Shown here: piece by piece, positions 1 through 8,295 of the stretch
How the letters are laid out: each line of letters starts with the position of its first letter
Position numbering within the stretch: the first letter of the stretch is position 1
Virus genome (UHGV): UHGV-0326656
Strand: one strand, 5' to 3'
DNA from: a virus
DNA: 41,916 nucleotides
Position numbers and translations under genes: made by a program
Notes under the pieces: generated by a model
What the model saw: only the letters and a program-made list of their open reading frames with translations
What the model was told of the DNA's origin: nothing
Databases searched by the model: none

Positions 1-150
1 CCTGGTAAAGCGGCGATTGGTCGTCTGAAAGGTGAGGAACTGGCGCAATATAATTTGTGGCTGGATTATCTGGACGCACTGGAACTGGTCGATACTTCCG
101 GTGCGCCAGATATTGAATGGCCTACTCCTCCGGCAGTTCAGGCCAGATGA
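1..150 (+). CDS. tail fibre assembly protein (Tfa), C-terminal part; 5' end lies outside the window
   Basis: Frame 1 is open to the TGA at 148-150; translation ...GRLKGEELAQYNLWLDYLDALELVDTSGAPDIEWPTPPAVQAR is nearly identical to the C-terminus of the 40731..41162 ORF. Confidence 0.8.
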   Translation, partial: PGKAAIGRLKGEELAQYNLWLDYLDALELVDTSGAPDIEWPTPPAVQAR

Positions 151-724
151 CATCCGGCGCGGTGCTGGTATCCGTTGCCGTCACCGCGTCAATGTAATCC
201 AGCACAGCGTTTAGTCGGGTGGTTTCTGTCTGCGTCAGCTTCCTCCCGGCCTGCAATTTCAGTTGAATCAGACTAATGGAAGCCATTGCAGTATCAATTA
301 GTGACTGTCGCTGTACTTCTGCCGCTTTTACTGCGGCACCATATTGTGCCTCAGTATCTGTCACCCATTTCTCACCATCCCATTTATCGTATGGCGTTAA
401 TGGGACGATAGTGGTTGTATTTTCAGGGTAATCACCCGGAGCTGTGATTTCTTTTGATTCTCCTGTTTCAGTGCTATAGACAAATTCACCACGATGGTCT
501 GGCACATATATCCACGAGTTAAAATCTTCAGAACGGCAAATTGCATAACCAGTTTTGTATGGGCCAGGGGCATCTAAACAGGAACATGCCGGAATGCCGA
601 CACCAATGGCAAGATATTCTGTTGATGTGGAAATATATTCCCGCGTTTCACCATCATAATTATAAACGGTTATGTCTCCCGCTTTTATGGCAATGAGTTC
701 GTTATTTAAGACAACTTTATTCAT
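122..724 (-). CDS. tail fibre assembly protein, inverted-orientation copy (Tfa')
   Basis: 200-aa ORF about 85% identical to the 41134..41736 ORF; convergent with the + strand Tfa, as in Mu G / e14 P invertible segments. Confidence 0.8.
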   Translation of the reverse strand: MNKVVLNNELIAIKAGDITVYNYDGETREYISTSTEYLAIGVGIPACSCLDAPGPYKTGYAICRSEDFNSWIYVPDHRGEFVYSTETGESKEITAPGDYPENTTTIVPLTPYDKWDGEKWVTDTEAQYGAAVKAAEVQRQSLIDTAMASISLIQLKLQAGRKLTQTETTRLNAVLDYIDAVTATDTSTAPDVIWPELPEE

Positions 725-1179
725 CAGGCAGCCCTCACGATATAATTAAAGGCAATGTTACGAGGTCGGTTTTCGTTTGCAGTTGGAACAACTCTGGAAG
801 CATCGAATGTTACTCGCTTTGCATAACCACCTTTAATTGAATCCGATGAAGCATCTCCGATGACGCTGGTTGTAAAAACGCCAGAATCAGAAGGATAGGT
901 ATTGAACCTGACATCCACTAATGCACCAATTATATTTCGAATGGCATCGCCCTGTGATGAAAGCAAGCTACGGTTAGTATCTATTCCTCTTCCGTCATCC
1001 CAGCCACGAATAAACTCACCACGTAAATCTGGCAATTTATTTGTCGGATAAACTTTTGCCAGTTCCGGATACTCTTCGGCAGAAAAAGGCGCACCATTGC
1101 ATTTCAGCCAGCCTGTTGGCGGAGTGGCTGAAGGCCACGGAACAGGCACACCAACGGGTAATGCCGAACCTTCTCCCAA
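724..1179 (-). CDS. alternative tail fibre C-terminal (receptor-binding) segment; no ATG of its own, opens inside the crossover site
   Basis: Frame opens with TTG inside the gix-like site; Gly/Pro-rich tip sequence ending NIAFNYIVRAA; stop overlaps the Tfa' start. Confidence 0.6.
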   Translation of the reverse strand: MGEGSALPVGVPVPWPSATPPTGWLKCNGAPFSAEEYPELAKVYPTNKLPDLRGEFIRGWDDGRGIDTNRSLLSSQGDAIRNIIGALVDVRFNTYPSDSGVFTTSVIGDASSDSIKGGYAKRVTFDASRVVPTANENRPRNIAFNYIVRAA

Positions 1180-1196
1180 ACCAACCTTTTAGAAAA
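1171..1196. other. hix/gix-type 26-bp invertase crossover site
   Basis: TTCTCCCAAACCAACCTTTTAGAAAA matches the remembered hixL site at about 20 of 26 positions; lies between the variable fibre segment and the invertase start; its reverse complement shares core TT and half-site GGTTTGGGAGAA with 40359..40384. Confidence 0.6.
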
Positions 1197-1249
1197 TGCA
1201 GTAATTCCGCTCAGATGGCATGATCCAAGCTTTTTAAGGGGCATTTCTC

Positions 1250-1360
1250 ATGCTCATCGGTTATGTACGTGTGTCAACAAATGACCAGAACACCGCATTG
1301 CAACGAAACGCACTGGAGTGCGCAGGATGTGAACTGATATTCGAGGATAAGATCAGCGGC
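1250..1360 (+). pseudogene. serine DNA invertase (Pin/Gin/Hin family), 5' fragment of 37 codons
   Basis: MLIGYVRVSTNDQNTALQRNALECAGCELIFEDKISG matches the invertase N-terminus including the catalytic-Ser motif; similarity stops after codon 37. Confidence 0.7.
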
Positions 1361-1588
1361 AGATGGGGGGGCAGTCAGGGGGTTGCCCAGCTCAATTTGT
1401 TTGATGAAAACGCGCCACGCCCGGGTAGTGAGAAACTGATGGAAGTGTTGGATCACCTCAACGCCAAAGACGGCAGGGGAACCTTGTACTTTACCAGGCA
1501 GGGTATCCAGCCACAGTTGCAGATGAAACGCGAGATGCTTTCACCTAGATATACAACGAGATATGATGACATATTAAGAGTTAAATAG
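1361..1588 (+). pseudogene. UmuC-like Y-family polymerase subunit, 3' fragment fused in frame to the invertase remnant
   Basis: Tail ...QLNLFDENAPRPGSEKLMEVLDHLNAKDGRGTLYFTRQGIQPQLQMKREMLSPRYTTRYDDILRVK resembles the UmuC/MucB C-terminus as remembered; no upstream umuC body. Confidence 0.5.
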
Positions 1589-1607
1589 AACATCAGCGAG
1601 GTGATAA

Positions 1608-2603
1608 ATGAAAGGGATATATTATGAGAATACTCGAACCTCTATACCGGGGTGGATATCAAACCTTCATGAAACTCAAAGGTTTGGTTACGCTTATGAA
1701 ACAAGTACTCACTTTGTTCATTTATATGGTAAAGCTGAACCTTTTAATGTCATATCAGTTGGCCTTACCGCAATACAAGGTAAAAGTGGGACTCTAAATG
1801 ATTGGGTTATAAATACATTTGGAGCAACTAACATCCAAACATTACAAAATGATATCGGACATGTTGTTGAAGGTGTCTGGAGACCATCTTTATATTATAG
1901 CGATGACATTCAAGGTGCGTTGTTAGTTGATCCGTTCGAGAAAATGTCGTCAGGACAAGCTCTGCGCAATCTTATTAATAAACTCGATGAATTATTTTTG
2001 TACATTGAGCCAAGCATCACAGGTCTGAAAGCATATAGCCATAAATGCAGGGAGCTATTAATTTTGGCTTGTACAGAAGTTGAGAATCAGTGGGTGTCAC
2101 TGATAAAAAAAACAAACCTAAATAATGTAGGGGCTAGATATACAACTAGGGACTATGTACGGCTTGCAGATAAATGTTTTTTAAAAGAATACAAGGTGAA
2201 TTTTAAAAATTACTCAGGCTTAAGAGATTTCACACCATTTTTATCTTGGGTTCCGACTGCCTCTACTGGCTCTTTACCTTGGTACGATGCTTATAATGGA
2301 ACTAAGCATGATAGGGAAGCAGGTTTTAATCTCGCATCATTGGAGAATGTGATGGATGCCTTATCTGCTTGTATAGTATTGTATTGTGTTAAATATGGAC
2401 CTTATGATTTGGTGTCTGGTGGGGATCTGCTTTCAGGAACGTTTAACGAGCATTTTTCTCTTAGTTTCATAAATAGTGATAAAAGTAGCTATTACGTTCC
2501 CGAATTGAATTTTAACGCAAACGCAATAACAGACTTGTGTGTGATTGACTGTTATAGAGAAAAACTCAACAAAGCATGGGTTACAGAACCTCTTGTTTTA
2601 TAG
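1608..2603 (+). CDS. hypothetical protein, 331 aa, AT-rich orphan (candidate accessory/defence gene)
   Basis: Long ORF with GAGGTGA ribosome-binding site 7 nt upstream; markedly AT-rich versus flanks; no family recognised. Confidence 0.65.
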   Translation: MKGIYYENTRTSIPGWISNLHETQRFGYAYETSTHFVHLYGKAEPFNVISVGLTAIQGKSGTLNDWVINTFGATNIQTLQNDIGHVVEGVWRPSLYYSDDIQGALLVDPFEKMSSGQALRNLINKLDELFLYIEPSITGLKAYSHKCRELLILACTEVENQWVSLIKKTNLNNVGARYTTRDYVRLADKCFLKEYKVNFKNYSGLRDFTPFLSWVPTASTGSLPWYDAYNGTKHDREAGFNLASLENVMDALSACIVLYCVKYGPYDLVSGGDLLSGTFNEHFSLSFINSDKSSYYVPELNFNANAITDLCVIDCYREKLNKAWVTEPLVL

Positions 2604-2841
2604 GTAGTATTAATTCAGCACCTTGATTTTTTGTATTTCCCACGGCACGCGTCACGGCGTGCCAGATAAACGTGTCGGCAGACGCTGTACCCTTAGCAAC
2701 AATCTCCTCCACCACTCTACCTACGACATTCTGCCGTATCCACTCACGAGCTGCTTCCGGTGATAGCACCAGCGGCCGGCGATCATGAATATCTACCAGC
2801 CCTTTATCCGCAGCAGTAGTTACAATCAGGAACCCCTCAGC
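2581..2841 (-). pseudogene. yedK: SRAP (YedK-like abasic-site peptidase), C-terminal part, separated from N-terminal part by IS3
   Basis: Minus-strand frame reads AEGFLIVTTAADKGLVDIHDRRPLVLSPEAAREW...GNTKNQGAELI, matching the YedK C-terminus; in frame with 4100..4525 once IS3 and one AGC copy are removed. Confidence 0.8.
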
Positions 2842-2897
2842 TGATCTTACCCAGCAATAGTGGACACGCAGCTAAGTGAGTAAACTCTCAGTCAGAG

Positions 2898-3206
2898 GTG
2901 ACTCACATGACAAAAACAGTATCAACCAGTAAAAAACCCCGTAAACAGCATTCGTCTGAATTTCGCAGTGAAGCCCTGAAGCTTGCTGAACGCATCGGTG
3001 TTACTGCCGCAGCCCGTGAACTCAGCCTGTATGAATCACAGCTCTACAACTGGCGCAGTAAACAGCAAAATCAGCAGACGTCTTCTGAACGTGAACTGGA
3101 GATGTCTACCGAGATTGCACGTCTCAAACGCCAGCTGGCAGAACGGGATGAAGAGCTGGCTATCCTCCAAAAGGCCGCGACATACTTCGCGAAGCGCCTG
3201 AAATGA
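2898..3206 (+). CDS. insE: IS3 transposase OrfA (HTH subunit)
   Basis: [42 protein letters not shown]... recognised as IS3 OrfA. Confidence 0.9.
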   Translation: MTHMTKTVSTSKKPRKQHSSEFRSEALKLAERIGVTAAARELSLYESQLYNWRSKQQNQQTSSERELEMSTEIARLKRQLAERDEELAILQKAATYFAKRLK

Positions 3207-4069
3207 AGTATGTCTTTATTGAAAAACATCAGGCTGAGTTCAGCATCAAAGCAATGTGCCGCGTGCTCCGGGTGGCCCGCAGCGGCTGGTATACGTGGTG
3301 TCAGCGGCGGACAAGGATAAGCACGCGTCAGCAGTTCCGCCAACACTGCGACAGCGTTGTCCTCGCGGCTTTTACCCGGTCAAAACAGCGTTACGGTGCC
3401 CCACGCCTGACGGATGAACTGCGTGCTCAGGGTTACCCCTTTAACGTAAAAACCGTGGCGGCAAGCCTGCGCCGTCAGGGACTGAGGGCAAAGGCCTCCC
3501 GGAAGTTCAGCCCGGTCAGCTACCGCGCACACGGCCTGCCTGTGTCAGAAAATCTGTTGGAGCAGGATTTTTACGCCAGTGGCCCGAACCAGAAGTGGGC
3601 AGGAGACATCACGTACTTACGTACAGATGAAGGCTGGCTGTATCTGGCAGTGGTCATTGACCTGTGGTCACGTGCCGTTATTGGCTGGTCAATGTCGCCA
3701 CGCATGACGGCGCAACTGGCCTGCGATGCCCTGCAGATGGCGCTGTGGCGGCGTAAGAGGCCCCGGAACGTTATCGTTCACACGGATCGTGGAGGCCAGT
3801 ACTGTTCAGCAGATTATCAGGCGCAACTGAAGCGGCATAATCTGCGTGGAAGTATGAGCGCAAAAGGTTGCTGCTACGATAATGCCTGCGTGGAAAGCTT
3901 CTTTCATTCGCTGAAAGTGGAATGTATCCATGGAGAACACTTTATCAGCCGGGAAATAATGCGGGCAACGGTGTTTAATTATATCGAATGTGATTACAAT
4001 CGGTGGCGGCGGCACAGTTGGTGTGGCGGCCTCAGTCCGGAACAATTTGAAAACCAGAACCTCGCTTAG
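3203..4069 (+). CDS. insF: IS3 transposase OrfB (DDE catalytic subunit)
   Basis: 288-aa ORF overlapping orfA, with integrase-core motifs (...[10 protein letters not shown]..., ...HTDRGGQY...). Confidence 0.9.
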   Translation: MKYVFIEKHQAEFSIKAMCRVLRVARSGWYTWCQRRTRISTRQQFRQHCDSVVLAAFTRSKQRYGAPRLTDELRAQGYPFNVKTVAASLRRQGLRAKASRKFSPVSYRAHGLPVSENLLEQDFYASGPNQKWAGDITYLRTDEGWLYLAVVIDLWSRAVIGWSMSPRMTAQLACDALQMALWRRKRPRNVIVHTDRGGQYCSADYQAQLKRHNLRGSMSAKGCCYDNACVESFFHSLKVECIHGEHFISREIMRATVFNYIECDYNRWRRHSWCGGLSPEQFENQNLA

Positions 4070-4099
4070 GCCTGTGTCCATATTACGTGGGTAGGATCA

Positions 4100-4525
4100 A
4101 GCTTCATCGCCACGTTCAAATGGTGTGCTGCCAATAGCGGCCATGAATATAGGCTGGCCGTCAGCCCTGCGAATGAAGTAGGGCTGTTTTATAATGCCTT
4201 CGCGCTTCCATTCGAACCAACCATCAGCAAAGCAAATTGCACGTCCATGCAACCAGAGAGGTTTGAACATTCGGCTGGTGGCCGCAGTTTCTGAGCGTGC
4301 GTTAATCAGCGGAGGTTTATTCCACCATCCGGGAGCGAATCCCCAGATAACAGGATCGAGGTGCAACTGTTCGTCGCGTTCGCTCAAAAGCAGAACTTTG
4401 GTACCGGGTGCAACGTTGAATCGTCCAATTGGTTCTGGAACGTATGGGATGTCACGCTCAGCTTCTTCTGATAGGAGGGCAAGATAGTCTTCACGCGTCA
4501 TTGATTGGGCGAAACGTCCGCACAT
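4100..4525 (-). pseudogene. yedK: SRAP (YedK-like), N-terminal part, truncated by IS3
   Basis: MCGRFAQSMTREDYLALL...FMAAIGSTPFERGDEA has the Cys2 catalytic start of SRAP/YedK; the frame runs into the IS3 end. Confidence 0.85.
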
Positions 4526-4566
4526 AGAAACCTCCAGTCACCAGACTGAAAGTATAGGGTAGGGAT

Positions 4567-4590
4567 ACAAAAAAGCCCGCATAAGCGGGC
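4567..4590 (-). terminator. rho-independent terminator-like hairpin
   Basis: On the minus strand GCCCGC-TTAT-GCGGGC followed by TTTTTT, between the ssrA fragment and the SRAP start. Confidence 0.45.
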
Positions 4591-4721
4591 TTTCATGTCA
4601 CTCGGGAGCCGCGGCTCCTTTACGTATCCTTTTTTGTCTCCTCACCGTCTAGTCGGTGTCCTGCTGAGACTGCTAACTTCCTGTTTTTGTTAGTGCTGTC
4701 CTGGCACTGTCCAATCATGAT

Positions 4722-4749
4722 TGGTGGAGCTGGCGGGAGTTGAACCCGC
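4722..4749 (-). other. ssrA: 28-nt 3' end of tmRNA (ssrA) ending CCA; att-core-like relic
   Basis: Minus strand reads GCGGGTTCAACTCCCGCCAGCTCCACCA, identical to the ssrA 3' terminus as remembered; upstream sequence does not continue ssrA. Confidence 0.7.
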
Positions 4750-5040
4750 AGACACGTCGTATGCAAGAACTTGCTGCGGCTGGATGGTGGACTTTCGATA
4801 GTGCGAGTATTGAATGATGTCCAGCCGTTATTGATTTTACGTATTTTTTGCATGAAAAGATTAGCACCTCATCCCACCGCTCCTCCATGATTTTACACCA
4901 CTGTCTCTAGAGCTCTGTGTGCCAGAAGCGGAAGTTCATACCTCTAAGTGGATATTTTGTTAAAATATGCCATCAAAATCCTTGCTACCTCATGGTTGAC
5001 AGTGATAAAAGTTGCACAAATTACTGAGAGAGAAATTACA

Positions 5041-5478
5041 ATGAGTGGAGATACCTCTGAGTTTCCTAATAAACTTCCCAGAAAGCCAATTGGTTGGCGT
5101 GAAGAATATAGTGATTTTACAGGTAGTATTATATTCTATATGATATTCCCGTTGCTTCCATTACTTTTTGAGTCAATTAACACAGGAACTCACCCTTCAA
5201 TACAATCATTAACAATTACTGCATCAATATACTCTTTTTCCATCGGTGTATCTTCTCGAGATAAAGCTATTTTTTGCTTAGGGATTTTTTGTGGTTTCAT
5301 TCTCGCTTATCTTTACGGTAAAGTTAGTGAGCCAAAAGTTATTATATATACCTGGTACTATGTAGTTACGGTGATACTACTGGCTGTAATATTTATATTT
5401 CATCTTCTCGAACGATTTAATAAACACGTGGTAGAATGTGAACCTGTTTTCTCCTTTAAGTTTACGAGAGGTATGTAA
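5041..5478 (+). CDS. hypothetical multi-pass membrane protein (alternative start at 4948)
   Basis: AT-rich ORF with several hydrophobic segments (FYMIFPLLPLLF, IFCLGIFCGFILAYLY, VVTVILLAVIFIF); perfect -35 TTGACA about 40 nt upstream; stop overlaps the next start (TAATG). Confidence 0.6.
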   Translation: MSGDTSEFPNKLPRKPIGWREEYSDFTGSIIFYMIFPLLPLLFESINTGTHPSIQSLTITASIYSFSIGVSSRDKAIFCLGIFCGFILAYLYGKVSEPKVIIYTWYYVVTVILLAVIFIFHLLERFNKHVVECEPVFSFKFTRGM

Positions 5479-5945
5479 TGGAGGATATTATATTTATGTA
5501 TGCTGGGTTGATAGTGTCTTCTTTAGCGGCAATTGTAGGCTTAGCTACATCTATCATGCATACTCGTAAAAAAGTTAAAGCTAATGAAGAGCTTGCAACT
5601 GAAATGGCAAAGAGCTTTAGTGAGCTTGAATCTATCAATAAAAGCATAGGGGATTTGGAAGCGACAATTAAAAGGATAGATGAAGATGAATTAAAGTTAA
5701 GAATAGCAATTGAATCTTTAAAGGAAATGACTTCTGATGAAAAAAAAGAATCTAGGGATATGTTGAAAAACATCGTTAATGATGAGGTGTTCATTAAAGT
5801 TCTTCTCGAAAGCTATAAAAAACTGGATACCCAGTCAAAGAAGGAGATTTATTTGACTTTTTCCAAGTCGACAGATAGAGGCCTTTATCGATATATAAAA
5901 AGAATAGCTTCATCAGTACTCGATAACTTAATGGTTAAAATATAA
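5478..5945 (+). CDS. hypothetical protein with N-terminal transmembrane helix and charged coiled-coil-like C-terminal region
   Basis: AT-rich; MEDIIFMYAGLIVSSLAAIVGLATSIM then K/E-rich heptad-like sequence; translationally coupled to the upstream ORF. Confidence 0.65.
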   Translation: MEDIIFMYAGLIVSSLAAIVGLATSIMHTRKKVKANEELATEMAKSFSELESINKSIGDLEATIKRIDEDELKLRIAIESLKEMTSDEKKESRDMLKNIVNDEVFIKVLLESYKKLDTQSKKEIYLTFSKSTDRGLYRYIKRIASSVLDNLMVKI

Positions 5946-6500
5946 ATGCGTGCGCGCGAGATACAATTTCTCGCGCATTGTGTAACCGGCGACAAAACCC
6001 TGTTATCATTATAGCGACCCGTTTAGATGGGCCATTTGTGCCCCAACAGCTTCTGGGTATAGATTTCCTCGGCCCTGTATAGATACTTTGCTAAAGAGTA
6101 TTTTAATGGTATTTTGCTTACGTACCATTCTTCTAACGAATGTCTGCCTTATCCTGTGAGCTGCCTTCGCTCAGCATTGGCCTGTTTCTCGTTGATTTAT
6201 ATACTGCGACACTAACATAGGCGGATATGTCCGCTCCTCGCTCATAACAGACATTCACTACAGTTATGGCAGAAAGGTATGCATGCTGGGTGGGGAAAGT
6301 ATGAAGGAAAAGAAAACTGCTGCGCTGTTTGTCGTCACGTTTATCTTCATTGGCTATGCAAGTCATAATACAAGGTGGGACAAAACTGAGACACATAAGG
6401 CCTCACAATGGCTTGCAAGGCTTTACATGTTTTGATGTGGTGGGACGTGTGAGCGCAGTGTTGATGGGGTAATGCTTTGAATTAGAAGCGGATTCTTATA

Positions 6501-6546
6501 ATTCGTAATGCGAAGGTCGTAGGTTCGACTCCTATTATCGGCACCA
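6501..6546 (+). other. thrW: 3' 46 nt of tRNA-Thr(CGU) (anticodon loop to CCA); prophage att core, not a complete tRNA
   Basis: ATTCGTAATGCGAAGGTCGTAGGTTCGACTCCTATTATCGGCACCA matches the tRNA-Thr(CGU) 3' part; upstream 30 nt cannot form acceptor/D arms; integrase gene starts 15 nt downstream on the opposite strand. Confidence 0.75.
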
Positions 6547-6560
6547 TTTAAATCAATAAG

Positions 6561-7724
6561 TTACACATCATTAGTACCTTCCTTATTTTTTGACTGGGAC
6601 AAATTTGGGACCGATGGGTTCAGGATCGAGTCTATTTGCCGTGCGTGCTCGGTAAGGTGATTAGGTGCAAGGTGAGCATATCGACGAACCATTTCGATAG
6701 ACTCCCAGCCTCCCATTTCCTGTAACACTGACAACGGGACTCCGGCTTGAACCAGCCAACTTGCCCAGGTGTGTCTCAGGTCGTGAAATCTGAAATCATC
6801 AATACCAGCCCGTCTCAGCGCCGCTTTCCAGGCTGTGTTTGCGTCATACCGCATCTTCCTTACTGTTGGCGCTTTCGTTCCGTCTGGTTTGGTACAGCTT
6901 TCCTTGTACACAAATACCCAACGGTGATGATTCCCGATTTGTTTTTTCAAAACGCGACATGCAGTATCATTCAGCGCAACGCCGATTGCGCGGTTTGATT
7001 TACTCTCTTCCGGGTTTATCCATGCCACTCGGCGCTGCATATCTATTTGTTGCCATTCAAGGTTGATGATGTTCGAGCGTCTTAAGCCTGTTGCCAGTGC
7101 AAATTCAACAACAGACTTTAATGGCTCCGGACATTCATCAATCAGCCTTTGTGCTTCATGGGGCTCCAGCCAGCGGATCCGTTTATTCTTTGGTTGAGGC
7201 ACTTTAATAATTGGTGCCTTATCCAGCATTTTCCATTCACGCTCTGCGGCTCTTAGTAGGGCCTTTATAAATGAAAGATGCGTAGCCTTCGTTGCAACGG
7301 ACGCTGGTTTTGGCGTGTATTCTGGAACAGGTTTCCCTTTTTTTCTGCATGCTTCTGCCCTGAGTTTCCAGTTTTCCTCATGACGCCGGTTCGTCATTTT
7401 CTGCATTGCTGAATAAATTTTTGATTCAGTAATGTCTCTTAGTTGCATTCCTGCGAAATGTTGAAGCCAGAATCCGATCCGGCTTTTGTCATCGTCCAGT
7501 GATTTTTTATGTGCTTTCTCTTCAAGCCACCTGACACATGCTTCCTCGAACGTTATATCAGGTATTTCACCAAGTTTACTGACCCGCCATGCTTCAGCCT
7601 TTAGCTTGTCATGGAGTTCTGTCGCCTGCCTTTTGTCCTTTGTTCCAAGAGACTGTTTAAATCTTTTACCGTTCGGCAATGTGAAACTGGCGTACCATAT
7701 TTCACCTCTGCGGAAGAGTGACAT
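6561..7724 (-). CDS. int: tyrosine-type phage integrase
   Basis: 387 aa with C-terminal catalytic region ...[39 protein letters not shown]; adjacent to tRNA fragment. Confidence 0.95.
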   Translation of the reverse strand: MSLFRRGEIWYASFTLPNGKRFKQSLGTKDKRQATELHDKLKAEAWRVSKLGEIPDITFEEACVRWLEEKAHKKSLDDDKSRIGFWLQHFAGMQLRDITESKIYSAMQKMTNRRHEENWKLRAEACRKKGKPVPEYTPKPASVATKATHLSFIKALLRAAEREWKMLDKAPIIKVPQPKNKRIRWLEPHEAQRLIDECPEPLKSVVEFALATGLRRSNIINLEWQQIDMQRRVAWINPEESKSNRAIGVALNDTACRVLKKQIGNHHRWVFVYKESCTKPDGTKAPTVRKMRYDANTAWKAALRRAGIDDFRFHDLRHTWASWLVQAGVPLSVLQEMGGWESIEMVRRYAHLAPNHLTEHARQIDSILNPSVPNLSQSKNKEGTNDV

Positions 7725-7951
7725 TTTCTTTCCTCTGTTATGCCATCACCCGCGCTCACCTGGACAGTATGCAGCGGAGACTGAAGAGCCGCAATGCAGG
7801 CTTGTCGTGTTGTGAGGTAAGGAGATTTATTCTTAGTGGGATCTTTGCGTGTTGCCTGAAGACGCCCTGTGCGTATCCAGTTAATAGCAGTCGGTCTGGA
7901 TATCTTGAGAAAATGACAGGCCTCATCGAGTGTGAGGCTGTATGGCTCCAT
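7601..7951 (-). CDS. xis: excisionase / AlpA-like HTH DNA-binding protein
   Basis: [31 protein letters not shown]... typical Xis/AlpA HTH; directly upstream of and overlapping int; C-terminal extent uncertain. Confidence 0.6.
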   Translation of the reverse strand: MEPYSLTLDEACHFLKISRPTAINWIRTGRLQATRKDPTKNKSPYLTTRQACIAALQSPLHTVQVSAGDGITEERKCHSSAEVKYGTPVSHCRTVKDLNSLLEQRTKGRRQNSMTS

Positions 7952-8295
7952 TATTTCACCTCTTGCTGTGACATTGTTGAAAAACGGATACCAGCTCGTT
8001 GCTGCCAGACGATCCAACCGAGAGTCATATCCCATGCCATGTATTCGTTATCGCCGTTTTTTGCTCTCCGACGATCGACTGTTTTACCGAAACGCTTTTC
8101 CATAAATAATTCATAGGCTGCGCGTTCATCTGGCTCAACTTCCAGAGATGCCAGTGCAATCCGTGCCAGTTCTAAATCATTTTCAAGCTCAGCGCGAATC
8201 TCAGCGAATGCACTCTGTGTTAAGGCGAACTCAATGCTCTGCACTTTATTCCGTGCGCGCTCAAGCAGTGCATGGTAGTTAATTTCGGTTGTCAT
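7951..8295 (-). CDS. hypothetical phage protein
   Basis: 114-aa ORF in the leftward early operon, stop overlaps xis start. Confidence 0.6.
   Translation of the reverse strand: MTTEINYHALLERARNKVQSIEFALTQSAFAEIRAELENDLELARIALASLEVEPDERAAYELFMEKRFGKTVDRRRAKNGDNEYMAWDMTLGWIVWQQRAGIRFSTMSQQEVK

Larger units (their letters stand above)
2842..4099 (+). mobile_element. IS3 insertion sequence, 1258 bp, intact
   Basis: Ends TGATCTTACCCAGCAATAGTGGACAC ... GTGTCCATATTACGTGGGTAGGATCA form imperfect inverted repeats; orfA/orfB inside; 3-bp direct repeat AGC at 2839-2841 and 4100-4102. Confidence 0.95.

Noticed and set aside
3203-4069. IS3 orfB as an independently initiated gene
   Set aside because: Kept as a CDS, but in IS3-family elements the transposase is normally made as an OrfAB fusion by -1 frameshifting, so the ATG at 3203 may not be the functional start; I did not locate the slippery site.
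6133-6396. 87-aa minus-strand ORF in the gap before the thrW core
   Set aside because: No ribosome-binding site and an implausible Cys/Ser-rich product; it overlaps the better-supported small + strand ORF.
6471-6546. Complete tRNA-Thr gene
   Set aside because: Only the 3' 46 nt match; the preceding 30 nt cannot form the acceptor stem or D arm, so this is an att core rather than a functional tRNA.
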